Shown here: positions 39,754-50,736 of the stretch, piece by piece | Numbering within the stretch: the first letter of the stretch is position 1 | Layout of the letters: each line of letters opens with the position of its first letter | Virus record (IMG/VR): IMGVR_UViG_3300041407_000075 | Coordinates: 1 to 64,000 of that record | Origin: a virus | Direction: 5' to 3' (one strand) | DNA length: 64,000 nt | Translations under genes and position numbers: made by a program | The notes under the pieces: model-generated | What the model saw: the letters and a program-made list of their open reading frames with translations, nothing else | The model's database searches: none | What the model was told of the DNA's origin: nothing

Positions 39754-40709
39754 CAATACACCTCATAATAACTTTTAAGGGTTTCGTAGTCAACCAAGAT
39801 TTCTTCACTAGCTTTGCTGAACAAGAAATTATAGTTAAACTCACAATCACGAAAGATTCGCCCATCTTGTTCTTCAGATTCCAAAAGATCCTGAATGCAA
39901 GATTCAATTTCTTTGTCTTCTTCTGTCTCAACAGTAAATTTAGAGATAGCCCATTCTACAGGCCCAAACCCATCATTCCAATCATTACGCACAGCCTCCA
40001 TCGAACGTGCTAGTGCAAAGTATTTATCCTTGCTATCCAGCACTTCAAGGACATCAGACCATTCAAAGTCATCGTCAAGATTATATTTAACCTGCAACCT
40101 CGCCTTAGCCAACACTTCTTTCTTAGCTTTCTCGGTCTTTTCTGCCTCTTGCAGCTCTTTACGGATCGTACCCTTAAGAGTGTCAGCGTGACGCTTCAAC
40201 GAGTCTTCAGCACTCTTAATTAGCGTTAACATACGGTCTTTCTCATCACTCACAGGAACATTGCGCTGCAAGTCCCCAAGGTATCCAGCAGAATGAGTTG
40301 TTGTAGTCTTTGTACGTGAACGCTGAGTCTTAAATTCTGATGTACTGTAGTTATTCGGAATCCCAATGTCCTTCATAATCTGTGTGATCTTCTCACGTAC
40401 TTTCAGATTGTTTTCAATAGCTGGGATGTTGGCTTGGTGTTCTTCCAAGACTTTAGCTCGTTCTTGCTCAGCTTTGGTTAGCAAGGAAGAAAGCTTGCTT
40501 TCAACTTCCTCAATAGTTTTAGGGTCACGTTCATAATAGCTGCTGCCATATTTGAAAGCATTGCCAGCGTATGTATTAGCTACAGAAGGTGTTGTGATTT
40601 TATTCAACTTCATCACTGAAGGAATATTGCTTTCAGCTTTCTTTTCGAGGTCAGACACAAGACCTTTCACGAATGAGAATGCTTCATCAATGTTCTTTAC
40701 GTATTTCAT
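39753..40709 (-). CDS. hypothetical protein (helical, ~318 aa)
   Basis: Long ORF; probable start MKYVKN after SD GGAGG. Confidence 0.7.
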   Translation of the reverse strand: MKYVKNIDEAFSFVKGLVSDLEKKAESNIPSVMKLNKITTPSVANTYAGNAFKYGSSYYERDPKTIEEVESKLSSLLTKAEQERAKVLEEHQANIPAIENNLKVREKITQIMKDIGIPNNYSTSEFKTQRSRTKTTTTHSAGYLGDLQRNVPVSDEKDRMLTLIKSAEDSLKRHADTLKGTIRKELQEAEKTEKAKKEVLAKARLQVKYNLDDDFEWSDVLEVLDSKDKYFALARSMEAVRNDWNDGFGPVEWAISKFTVETEEDKEIESCIQDLLESEEQDGRIFRDCEFNYNFLFSKASEEILVDYETLKSYYEVY

Positions 40710-40769
40710 CACTATTCCTCCCACCCATTCAATTTATTTTCAATCTCACTTACCTGCTGCATATGTTTA

Positions 40770-40964
40770 TCAATCACTGTAAGTAATCACTTCTTTCCCA
40801 CAATTACCACAGTTGAAACCTTTAGTGGTGCACATGCAGCCAGAAATATCACGTCCTTTGTATAGTTCCCGTTCCTCATTGGGAAGGTACTCGTTGATGC
40901 TACCACATGCACGACAGGTTGCACGCTTATAAACTGTCTGATCTTGACCTACTACTTTAGGCAT
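40770..40964 (-). CDS. zinc-ribbon protein
   Basis: CRAC ... CGNC; SD GGAGG. Confidence 0.6.
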   Translation of the reverse strand: MPKVVGQDQTVYKRATCRACGSINEYLPNEERELYKGRDISGCMCTTKGFNCGNCGKEVITYSD

Positions 40965-41176
40965 TATTTAACCTCCAACGTAGCATTCACTGGTGTAAAG
41001 ACGTCACCTTTGTGCTCATCTTCATCATAAACTTCTCCACTGTCAAGGCATACTGTTTTATAGTCTTGTGTGAAGATCATATATTTTTGAAATCGACTAG
41101 AAATGTATACTTGACCAAATACTAAAAGCTCCCAACCAAGCTCTTTAAATTCACGACTTCTATCATTGATATTCAT
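40964..41176 (-). CDS. hypothetical protein
   Basis: SD GGAG; coupled to downstream ORF. Confidence 0.5.
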   Translation of the reverse strand: MNINDRSREFKELGWELLVFGQVYISSRFQKYMIFTQDYKTVCLDSGEVYDEDEHKGDVFTPVNATLEVK

Positions 41177-41334
41177 CCCATCTCTCCCACAGCCGCCATT
41201 CTTCGAATAACCTTTCGCTGCATAGCATTACATTAATAATTCATTCAAATTTATTTGCTTACATTTCTAAGCCTTTCAGTAGAGACTTTAGTCTCGTCGC
41301 ATCTTGTCACATCGTTTGTGAGGGGTCAAGAGGT

Positions 41335-41685
41335 TTATTGAATCTGAGTGCTACGACCATCATAACGAATCACTTCACCGTATTCGCCGATGCCAACATT
41401 TGCATCCGAAGGTTGACGAAGAGCTTTCTTGACAGCATTCTCAGCATTACCTACGTATTTGTCAAATTCTTTACGCAGCGCATCATACTTTTGTTTCCAC
41501 TCTCTGTCAATTTCTGCATAACGGTCAGATGCTGGTGGTGTGTAGAATGCTTGACTTTCACAGTCAATTGAGATAAGCAGACCTTCTGCTATTTCATGTA
41601 ATTGTTCATTTGTGACTTCAATTTTAAAGTCAGTAAAACAGTCGGACAAGTACTCTGCGTAGTAGTCAGCTTTGGAATAGCTCAT
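41335..41685 (-). CDS. hypothetical protein
   Basis: First gene after leftward promoter; SD GGAG. Confidence 0.65.
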   Translation of the reverse strand: MSYSKADYYAEYLSDCFTDFKIEVTNEQLHEIAEGLLISIDCESQAFYTPPASDRYAEIDREWKQKYDALRKEFDKYVGNAENAVKKALRQPSDANVGIGEYGEVIRYDGRSTQIQ

Positions 41686-41731
41686 TTTATTTCTCCGTTT
41701 TGTTTAGGTTGTGTCTTGCTCGATTGGCCTC

Positions 41732-41759
41732 AGTTTACACGCTCCACTCCCTGTGTCAA
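41732..41759 (-). promoter_or_regulatory. leftward sigma70 promoter
   Basis: TTGACA-16bp-TAAACT on minus strand. Confidence 0.7.
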
Positions 41760-41880
41760 GCGATGATTTAAAAATATTCTTCAAGGCATCTATTCAGGGA
41801 AACCTCCATGGGCAAATTCCTTTGGTAAATTCATTCAGTAGATTTGTCTACACTCTGTCAGAAGATTTTTCGAAATGTAG

Positions 41881-41909
41881 TTGACAGGGGTTGGTGATGG
41901 AGGTAAGCT
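41881..41909 (+). promoter_or_regulatory. rightward sigma70 promoter (divergent pair)
   Basis: TTGACA-17bp-TAAGCT, AT-rich upstream, then SD AGGAGG. Confidence 0.75.
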
Positions 41910-41937
41910 GTGTGGAAATCAATAGGAGGAAGGCACC

Positions 41938-43438
41938 ATGAACATTAAATTCAGAAGTAACCACTTTCAACTGCATGGTAAACACTGGACTGACTTTGAT
42001 TCTCGTTCCTTTATGGAAACCAACAAAGGCTCTGTACACGAAGCCGTCCAGCACAACATGAATTTCTATAAACTAACTGAGAACGGTATGCTTGTACACG
42101 TTTATGATGCTTATGAGGCTGATGCCAAATGAATTATGAAGAGTTTAGAGGGTATTGTATAGGCCTTCTCTGCTGGAAAATGTCTAGGAGTACAGCAGAA
42201 AATTTGGTTGACTGGATCTTCCCAGAAGAGTATGCAGAGCTGTATGAGAAGAGGCTAACTGATTCTGATGAATTCCTCAATTATGCCACCAAAGTATTAG
42301 GAGAATATTAAATGGCTAAGGCACTCGCAACATTAACCAGTAACGACCACAAATTTCAGGCAGGAACCGTGCTTGTATTGGAAGAAAAGACTACAGAAAA
42401 AGGCGTTACGTGGTGGTCCTTCCGTTACCCTGATGGTACGCTTGTCCATCTTAAATATCACGAATTTTCATGGGGAATTTGACAAAATGAAAAAGAAATT
42501 CAAAATAATCGACACATCTACGGGACAGAAGATTAAGCTAAAAGAGGGAGAAGAATGATGAACAACAGAATCAGTGTAGATGCCAGTACAGACAAACACT
42601 TGGCAACGTACGTATTTTACCTTGATGACGCCAACAAGCTTACAGATGTATACCTGAGTAGCATATCGGGAAAAGGCACAAGTGGGTTTGGAGATTTTAT
42701 TGATGTAAAATATGTCCCAGAAGATGTGATTAAGGAGTTCAACATTAAAGTGGATGCTCTGAAATGAACAATCTTAAAGCTTGGTACGTTACACATTTAC
42801 ACTCAGGAAAGAAATATTCTTCTGTAGTCCTCAGTAAATCACGCTACCTTGCATCTACATATGTTGAAGGTGAAGTTCTGAATGTGGATGAGTCTTGGGG
42901 TAAACCTATCCGAGAAGGTGGTATCATTAGTAGCAGTGGTTGGGCTATGTATTTCTTTGACAACCACACGAAGAAGGATTATGAAGTTAGTGAAGAATGG
43001 CGACAGTATTTGATTCGTAGACATTTTGATGATGGGATTGAGGATTAAATGATGATCGAAGCAATCGTAGAAGTGTGGTGTTCACCTCTTCGCAGGGAAG
43101 ATTATTCTGTAAAAATAATTCCTCTGTTCGCCGGGGAAATGTTCAACGTAGAGGATGACATTAGAGACTACATCAAGTGGGATTTCTATCTGAATACCTT
43201 TGGTGTTGACTATGCAGAAGTCAAGGGTCTGTGGAAGGTTGTGTTCAAGATTTCTGTATCATATAGCACCTATTATACTTATGCCGGACCAGACGATGAC
43301 GTAGATATTGGGCAAGAAGTGCTGTTCAAAGGTCAGTGTCAAGAATGGGCTGAGATGAAATACACTTGGCTTGAGTTGAATGGGAAGATTGATGAGTATT
43401 TTAGTAAGCCTTGGAAGAGGCATGTGATTGGTTTGTAG
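41938..43438 (+). other. run of small hypothetical early ORFs (41938-42132, 42129-42311, 42555-42767, 42764-43048, 43049-43438 and shorter ones)
   Basis: Tightly packed ORFs with SD sequences and overlapping stop/start codons; no motifs recognised. Confidence 0.6.
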
Positions 43439-43620
43439 GTAAATCTCCTGAAACCACCCAATAAACAGTGAATTCAACCTTGTGTTTGGAAGGGTGGATG
43501 TGAGATTATGGTTGTCTGGATTTGAGTGCTTATTCAGATTGATCATTTTTTAACCAAAGCGTTTCCCATATAGTGTTATTGAATAGGAGATGTGTATGTG
43601 TGTAGGAGATTAGATGTAAT

Positions 43621-44961
43621 ATGACAAGAATGGAAGAGAAAGTAAGAGATTTAGAAGGAAGAGAGTTATATTCTGTTCTTATCTCTACAGCTAGAGGTAA
43701 GCCCTTTAGATCGCCTAGTGTGGTCTATAACCATTTGGTATCTCTAATAAATAAAGAATTAAAATACAAGAAGTTTGAAGCTGTAGAATGGTTCTTCACT
43801 AACACAGCAAGAGCCTTACGTGATAATTACATGGGTTTCTCTGTAAAGCTACAAGCTGTCTATTGGACAGGGAACGATTGTGGGATCAGTATTCGTGCTA
43901 TCCATTCAGTATTGGATTACATGAAAGAGAATGATTACATTTATGTACTAAAAGGCAGTCATGATTACAGAAATGAAGACCTTTCTTACATGAGTGTAGT
44001 GAGATTTACTGAAAAACTGGTTGACCTATTCGACAAAAAGGAGCTACTATTGCACATTCCTAGCGTGTCTATGGATTACCCTATTATTTTGAAAGATAGG
44101 AAGACAAAAGAAATGATTGAAGTACAGAAAACAGGCATGGTTGAACAGATGGCAGAGGAAATGCAGCGTTACAATCAGAGTTTGTCTGGTGTTGACGTTC
44201 GTTTTGATGGGAAATCTATCCCTTTGTTGGAATATAAGCGTAGTTTTAGTGGTGATTTCAACAGTGGTGGGAGGTTGTTCGCTCATGGCGGCAGTATTCA
44301 GCTTGTCCCACAGGAATTACGTTTAGCTGCTATTACTATTGATGGTGAGTCTGTAGTAGAGTTAGACTATAGTGCAAATCATCCACGGATTCTGCTAGAA
44401 TTTCTCTGTCAGCGTGATCAAAGTGTATTGGAGTTTGTAGGAAAGGACGTTGATCCATATGCAGCAGACAGTTCGTGCCTGAAAGTTGACACTTTGGCGA
44501 TTGAAGATCATAAATTGCGTTATGGTATTACTAAATATAACCCATCTCGCTCGTTTATGAAACATGCAGTCATGCGTGCATTAAATTGTGATAGCTTTGA
44601 TAAGGCGTTTTCTAGTTTGTCGCATGAATTCTTCACAGATAGTAAGAAGAACATTGCAGATCGTGACTATGTGGGGTTGATTAAACCTGATTGTCGTCTT
44701 GTATTATCTGCAATTTGTGAGCACAACCGACTGATTGCAAATGATTTCTTTCAGGATAAAGGTATTTGGTTACAAAATCTCGACAGTGAAATTGCTTTAC
44801 GTGTAATTGATTTGATGCTACAGTCTGGAGAAGTTGTACTCTGCTGGCATGATAGCTTTCAATGTCGAGCAAGTGCTAAAGAACTATTGCATTCTGCAAT
44901 GATCGAAGCTTGGAACGATGTTCTAGGCTCTAATATTTTCGTAAAGGTGGATCAAAAATGA
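43621..44961 (+). CDS. minimal polymerase of T7-RNAP/PolA superfamily fold, function unknown
   Basis: DFNSGGRLF, motif A ELDYSANHP, motif B RSFMKHAVM, LQNLDSEI, motif C WHDSF. Confidence 0.65.
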   Translation: MTRMEEKVRDLEGRELYSVLISTARGKPFRSPSVVYNHLVSLINKELKYKKFEAVEWFFTNTARALRDNYMGFSVKLQAVYWTGNDCGISIRAIHSVLDYMKENDYIYVLKGSHDYRNEDLSYMSVVRFTEKLVDLFDKKELLLHIPSVSMDYPIILKDRKTKEMIEVQKTGMVEQMAEEMQRYNQSLSGVDVRFDGKSIPLLEYKRSFSGDFNSGGRLFAHGGSIQLVPQELRLAAITIDGESVVELDYSANHPRILLEFLCQRDQSVLEFVGKDVDPYAADSSCLKVDTLAIEDHKLRYGITKYNPSRSFMKHAVMRALNCDSFDKAFSSLSHEFFTDSKKNIADRDYVGLIKPDCRLVLSAICEHNRLIANDFFQDKGIWLQNLDSEIALRVIDLMLQSGEVVLCWHDSFQCRASAKELLHSAMIEAWNDVLGSNIFVKVDQK

Positions 44962-45533
44962 CTATCGAAACTCAGAAACAACTAGCTGACAAAGTGTATG
45001 AAGCACTCACTCTCATTGACCCTTCGTGCGTCCTTGCTGGTGGTGCTCCCCGAGATTGGTATTTGGGAACAGAGGCTAATGATCTTGATTTCTACTTCTG
45101 CTCTACCGGATCAACTGTAGACCGTGTAAAGAAACAACTCAATCGTGTTGGTTTTGAAGTGGAAGCTTCAGTTTGTCCTGTGCAATCAGAGCTTTATCAA
45201 TCCATGCCCGGTTTGACACGTATCTGGAATTGTGAATCTGAGACTATGAAGATTCAATTTATTCAAATGGCTGAACCTAAATTCAGATGGGGTGTTGTTA
45301 ATAATATGGATGTCAGTATCTGCAAAGCGTGGTATTCTCAGGTTGGACATATTCATTTGCATCAAGACTTTAAACTGACCATTGCAAGTAAAATTATGTT
45401 TCTGAAAGAAAGTTATTGCTGGGCTAACAAGCATGGTCAGAAAATGAAAGAACGCTTTGAAGGTAAGTTTCACGCTGGTACGAAGGATCAAGCTACACGT
45501 TCTTTGGTGTCCAAAGTGTTGATGGAGATTTAA
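44958..45533 (+). CDS. nucleotidyltransferase (CCA-adding/poly(A) polymerase head-like)
   Basis: LAGGAPRDWYLG..ANDLDF, IQFI, MDVSICK. Confidence 0.8.
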   Translation: MTIETQKQLADKVYEALTLIDPSCVLAGGAPRDWYLGTEANDLDFYFCSTGSTVDRVKKQLNRVGFEVEASVCPVQSELYQSMPGLTRIWNCESETMKIQFIQMAEPKFRWGVVNNMDVSICKAWYSQVGHIHLHQDFKLTIASKIMFLKESYCWANKHGQKMKERFEGKFHAGTKDQATRSLVSKVLMEI

Positions 45534-45534
45534 A

Positions 45535-45765
45535 ATGAACTGGATCAGCGTAAAAGATTCACTCCCTGCACTAAACGTAGACGGCTCTAAAGTATTTGAC
45601 AGTATTGATGTAATCGCTACAGATGGTATTCATGTCTGCACTTGTGAGTTTCAGTCTGGATGGTATTGTCAGGAGCAATGGTTTGCTTGGGGAAATTATA
45701 ATCAAATCCCTAAGAGCCAGATTACACATTGGCAGTATTTGCCTAAACCACCTGTGGAGGGTTGA
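45535..45765 (+). CDS. DUF551-like protein
   Basis: MNWISVKDSLP ... ITHWQYLPKPP. Confidence 0.75.
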   Translation: MNWISVKDSLPALNVDGSKVFDSIDVIATDGIHVCTCEFQSGWYCQEQWFAWGNYNQIPKSQITHWQYLPKPPVEG

Positions 45766-45924
45766 CTGATGACTGATTCATACAGTTTTAAACTAAACCC
45801 TAACAACTTCACTCAAGTAGGAGAGACAAGATTCTTTGAAATTCAGGCAGATAAAGAATCTGTTGAGCGGTTTATAAAGGATCTTGAATTGTTTGAAAAG
45901 AAGCGTGCTGAGGAGAACGAATAA

Positions 45925-46119
45925 ATGAATTGGAAAAACATTGAAACAGATGGCATTCCTGATTGGTGCGGTGAGTACCTTGTCCGCCACATCAAAGATG
46001 GCTGGCCTTTGTATCTGGTTGCACGTATTGAAAATGAACATTTCTTTGATGAGATGGATGAGATGACAAAGCTAGATGTTACTCATTGGGCAGTTATTGA
46101 ACCTCCTCTAAAAGATTAA
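45925..46119 (+). CDS. DUF551-like protein
   Basis: MNWKNIE..P..GEYLV ... VTHWAVIEPP. Confidence 0.65.
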   Translation: MNWKNIETDGIPDWCGEYLVRHIKDGWPLYLVARIENEHFFDEMDEMTKLDVTHWAVIEPPLKD

Positions 46120-46133
46120 AGAAATAACCACCC

Positions 46134-46169
46134 AGGCCGCTTGACGGCCTTTTCTTTTGTCTGTATGAT
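46134..46169 (+). promoter_or_regulatory. terminator hairpin overlapping a sigma70 promoter
   Basis: AGGCCG-CTTGA-CGGCCT-TTTCTTTT; TTGACG-17bp-TATGAT. Confidence 0.7.
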
Positions 46170-46217
46170 TCTCACATAAGCCGTTCACACAGAAGATGCA
46201 ATCGGAGATTGTTCCTC

Positions 46218-46439
46218 ATGAACCTACTGAATGTATTAGATAAGCTTCCCTGCAATATCAAGAAAGCTGAGCTTGAGCCATTTGCTATGTGTATGGATGA
46301 TGAGTATAAGCGGTTGGGGATTTTTGATCAGACGGTTGCTTACCAACACTACCTTCGTGCCAAATTTGTAAGTTGGGCTTGCAGAGAGAAGCCTATTAAG
46401 GTATGCTGGGGATCTAGAAATAAACCAGAATGGGTGTAA
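46218..46439 (+). pseudogene. probable truncated pyrimidine-dimer glycosylase-like gene (C-terminal part only)
   Basis: PFAMCMDDEYK..D..VAYQHY..K..W..PEW resembles the C-terminus of that phage family; N-terminal motifs absent. Confidence 0.4.
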
Positions 46440-46562
46440 TATGAATATCATCTATGCTAAACAAAAAGCTTTAGAATCTCTTATTCAGCGTGTTGCGGAC
46501 GGCACAGCTTCAGAGTACGACCTCAAGAATTATAGTAAACTTAAAAAGTTAGGAGTTGTCAA

Positions 46563-46738
46563 ATGATAAACAAAGCTGATTGTTGGACTGTAGGCGATGG
46601 GTACGGAACCTACGTGGAACCTACGTGGACAATGAAAATGGGTGGTGGTATGAACGAGATGATTATAATCAATTGTTTGAAGCTTACGAACTTCAAATGA
46701 AGGGTTGTTTGACATCACTTTTGAGAAAGAAGGCTTGA
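46563..46738 (+). pseudogene. small gene frameshifted by an 11-bp tandem duplication
   Basis: GGAACCTACGT x2 at 46605-46626; removing one copy gives a 54-aa ORF (..VDNENGWWYERDDYNQLF..). Confidence 0.5.
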
Positions 46739-46993
46739 CACGTAAAGTCACCCAAGTGATGACAGAAAAAGTGGAGTATGTCTGATGACAACCTTAGAGG
46801 AATCCTTGCGAGAAAACAAAGAGTGGTGTAAAGAATTCCAGTCACAAACAAATGTGATGCAGGTTGTGGGAAAGAGGCTACAACATGGTTTGGTAATACT
46901 TCTTGTGCAACATGCGGTGATAGACGTTGTGTAGGAATTATGCAGGCTGATTACGATAAACATCGTTATGAATCTGAAGATGAGGGTTATTAA

Positions 46994-47272
46994 ATGATCG
47001 TACATAAAAACATCACGCTCGTTAAGTGCAGCTCTGGTGATTGGGAGGGTTTGTATCTTGACAATGAATTGTATCGTGAAGCTCACAGCATTCCTACACA
47101 CGACATCTTCTACTTGATCAACAATCACCACATCCAAGAGGCTAAATCCTTTGAAGTGAATGAAGATTATACAGAGAATGTGGTAGAGTTGGTAGAGTTG
47201 GTTGAGTTGGTTGAGTATCATGGAGGTTATCCGCACTATCTTAGTGAAATTCCTGAAGAGGTTAGAGTGTGA
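46994..47272 (+). CDS. hypothetical protein with in-frame 9-bp repeat (VEL x3.7)
   Basis: GDWEGLYLD motif; GTWGAGTTG tandem at 47183-47215. Confidence 0.6.
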   Translation: MIVHKNITLVKCSSGDWEGLYLDNELYREAHSIPTHDIFYLINNHHIQEAKSFEVNEDYTENVVELVELVELVEYHGGYPHYLSEIPEEVRV

Positions 47273-47437
47273 CAAACCTAGTAAAATGTCACGGCACGGA
47301 TTGTGACAGACGCCTATCCTGCACAAGATTCACCCAGGAATCTCTGCCGAAGTACCAAGCGTATTTGGTAATGTGTGTGGCATGCAAGAATCCTAATGAC
47401 GGGTGTAAATGGTTTGTTGATAATGAGGAGAAAACAA

Positions 47438-50418
47438 ATGCTTGATGAAGAGAAAGTATTCAAACGTTTGTGTCGCGATATGCACATTGGAAATGACCAT
47501 TCAAAGGTTGAAGATGCTAGGATCATTTGGGAAGCTGCAATCGCTTGGAAGGTTCAATACGATGAATCTGTAACGGCAGCTAGAGAAGAAGCTTTGAGCA
47601 GGTATGAATAAAACAGCTTGATAGATTCTTTTCAATCCACCATAATCAACACACAAGACATGGCGTTAAGAGCGCTGAGATGAATGAAATAGATAAGTTA
47701 TGTAGGATAAATAGGAGAGAAGGGTTATGCCAAAACTAAAATGTATAGAGGTGTTTGAAATGGGAACAGGTGAGCCTGCATACTTCACAAAAGATAAAAC
47801 TTATCTGCTTTACAGTTTAGATAACATAGTGTTCTTTTGTGTTGATGATCAGGAACAACTTCACATTCTACCTTGGCCAGAAGTTGACGAAGATGGGTTT
47901 AATACTAAAGACTATTTTGAGGTGGTGAAATGAAAACTCCACGTAAAGCTGTAGTAAGTAAACGTGTATCTGAAGATGAGAAACTTAATAGCGCCCGTTG
48001 GACCTTCTTCCTCTCTCAGTGTAAGATTGATTGGGAATCTTTGAGCGAAGAATCTCGTGATTTCTTCGCAAGTATGGGCTCAACAGGATCCAGTGAAGAA
48101 GATATTAATAATGCAATCGACCTTGCCAGAGGTTTTAAATGAATATTGATTTCGGTTGGATGGGTAAGGTTGTTCTGCAAGATTGGGAAGATCCTTTTAC
48201 TCCTGAAGGTGAAGGATTTGCAATAGTGTCTGATGGTTACACAGAATCTGGTATTCGTGTTCACGGTGTACTGGATCAACGTGAGTATGCTACTTACCCA
48301 AGTGTTTGGCGTAATGCCATTATGATTAAGGTGAATTGAGATGATTTTTAAAACAAAGAAAGAGTGGTCATCTTTAGGCTTCTTCATTAAATCATTCGCA
48401 CATCCTATTGGAAACATGTACGGATATAAAGATGTTCATGTAAAACTTTGTGGTCCAACTAGAAGAACTTATGAATTTTGGGAGAGTGTGGAATGAACAC
48501 CTCACACGAACTAGCTCTTATGAACGCAATCGGTGTCCTCCCATTCAAACGCACTGGCTCTTCCCAATGGACTGTGTGTTTTAAGGATGCAACTGGTCAA
48601 GTTAAAACTGGTAACAACATTGCTAAGACATTTGGAAATGTTAGTGATGCGATGGTTTATGCAAAGGGATTGGTGAAATGAGCGCTCATCTTACATTTAA
48701 AGAGATTCCTAGAGTAAACGACTGTAAGTCTTGTCACGGTACGGGTGTTATGCGCTGGTATGATCTAGATGGAGGTCCATATTATTCTTGGATGAAGCCT
48801 AAAGAATCACTCTGTAAAGAGTGCAGAGGACAAACCTTATGAACCACCTTAAGGAACTCCTAGAACAGCTCCAGTGTGCAGAAAGTGCCTATACAACCTC
48901 GAAAAGTTCCCTAGATAATAGTCTTGAATACATACTTTGCCGTGAAGAACTTAAGCAATGTCGTTTTAGGTTTGATAAGGCATGTCGTGAGTATGTTTTG
49001 GCTAATGTGTTTGGACAAGTTATTGAAGAGGAGATTGAGGCGTGAATATCAAATACATTTCTAGGAAGTTTCTATTATCTGCTGTTGTGCAGATGCTCTT
49101 GTTTGTGTTTCTCTACATCGGTAAGCTTCCGGTTGAGAATTTCCAGATTCTTACTATGACAATCCTAACTTGCTACTTGGCGAGTAATGTTATCCAGAAA
49201 AGTGTTACGAAGGAGGCTAGTGATGAATCCAAAGTATAGCGAAGGCGAGATTGTCATTCTACAAAGTGTTAATCATCCAGAGTACAGCGGAGAATATGAA
49301 GTATTCAAAATCCTATTCTACGGAGATAAATTTCCAGACCGACTGGATGAAACTACTATGTTAGTTTGTGATGGGCCAATTGGTTATATGTTCACAGAAG
49401 CTCTTGCAGATAAACCAAGCACAACAGAATGTATTTGGGCAGAGCATTCTTTGTGTAAACGACAAGAGCCCGGTGAGATGGACTATAAAAAGTTGATGCA
49501 GACATTGAAGAATAGTGTTTTGGAGTGGAATTGATGAATTGGTACAATGAACTGTGTGGAAATGGTTGTAAAGAAACTACTTTACCAGATGAAGTGAAGC
49601 CTTCGTGGGCAACACATTCATTCAGGCGAATGGGACAAACTTTGTACGGGCAACTCGTCACAGACAATTGGTTCTGGATGAATGAGGAACACAGCTTGTA
49701 TTATACGTCTGAAGATATTGATACAGGATCGGTTGTTAAGCTATAAATAAGGTTGAATATTCCTAGCCTACTCCTTGTATCAACTAAGCCCTAACGTGGC
49801 TTAAACATACGAAAAAGCCGCATGAAAGGGTTGTTTTGCGGGGAGTTTGTGTAAATTAAAGGTTGCATGACATTCTCAGGAATGGTACAGTGATGGCATA
49901 TAAACACTACAGATGGGGAAATAGAATATGAAACGGTCAAAACGTGTACAAGAGATTGAAGTGACAGCAACCGTCCATTTGGATACCTTGTATCTCCAAG
50001 AAGATCAGGCTTTTGCACTGATTGAAGCTGTTGACTTGCAGCAAGCTGAGTCTGGATTTACCACAGAGGTTATCCTGCGGTTGATTAAATCTATGAAAGC
50101 TGAGTTTAAAGATGCTCCTGATGAGCTTGAAGATTTCATCACAACAGTCGGGGACGCTCTTAAATGAATTCCCTAGTTCTCCTAAAAGAACGCTTGCAAA
50201 CTGTCTTAAATGGATCGACAGAGTCAGAAAGCTTTAAAGATGCAATCAGCGAAGGCTTGTATGCATGTGATTTGAGTGTCATTGGTTTGGAACAGTGGAT
50301 TGCACATTGGATTGAGTGGAAATCTGAGGATGTGGTTAATCGAAATGATGATCACGATTATTTAGAAGGTGTCAAGTTTGTAGAAGAACAATGGCATAAA
50401 ATAACTGGGATGTTTTAA
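47438..50418 (+). other. cluster of small hypothetical early ORFs (incl. membrane protein 49042-49239)
   Basis: Dense SD-led ORFs; promoter-like boxes TTGATA-17-CATAAT (47618-47646) and TTGCAT-17-TACAGT (49863-49891). Confidence 0.55.
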
Positions 50419-50736
50419 AGAGATGGTGTTTTGATAATTTAAATTAATGTTTTAGGAGAGAAAGATGATTGGAGACAAAGCTGTACTCGTGAGACTTACA
50501 GAAAAACAGCTTTGGTTGATCCTCAATCAATTGGAAGCATCCTCTGAGCCTGCACACCGTACAAAAGAGGAAGATGAGACGCTACAAATTCTTAATGCTG
50601 CATGGAAACGGGCTCGAAAATAAATGTGATAATTTCGTGAAACACCCCTTGCTATCGGATCCAAAGGCTGTAAACTCACCTTTACAGAGTCTCTCACCAA
50701 CTTTACACAGGCTCTGAATTTGTAACACAACACACA

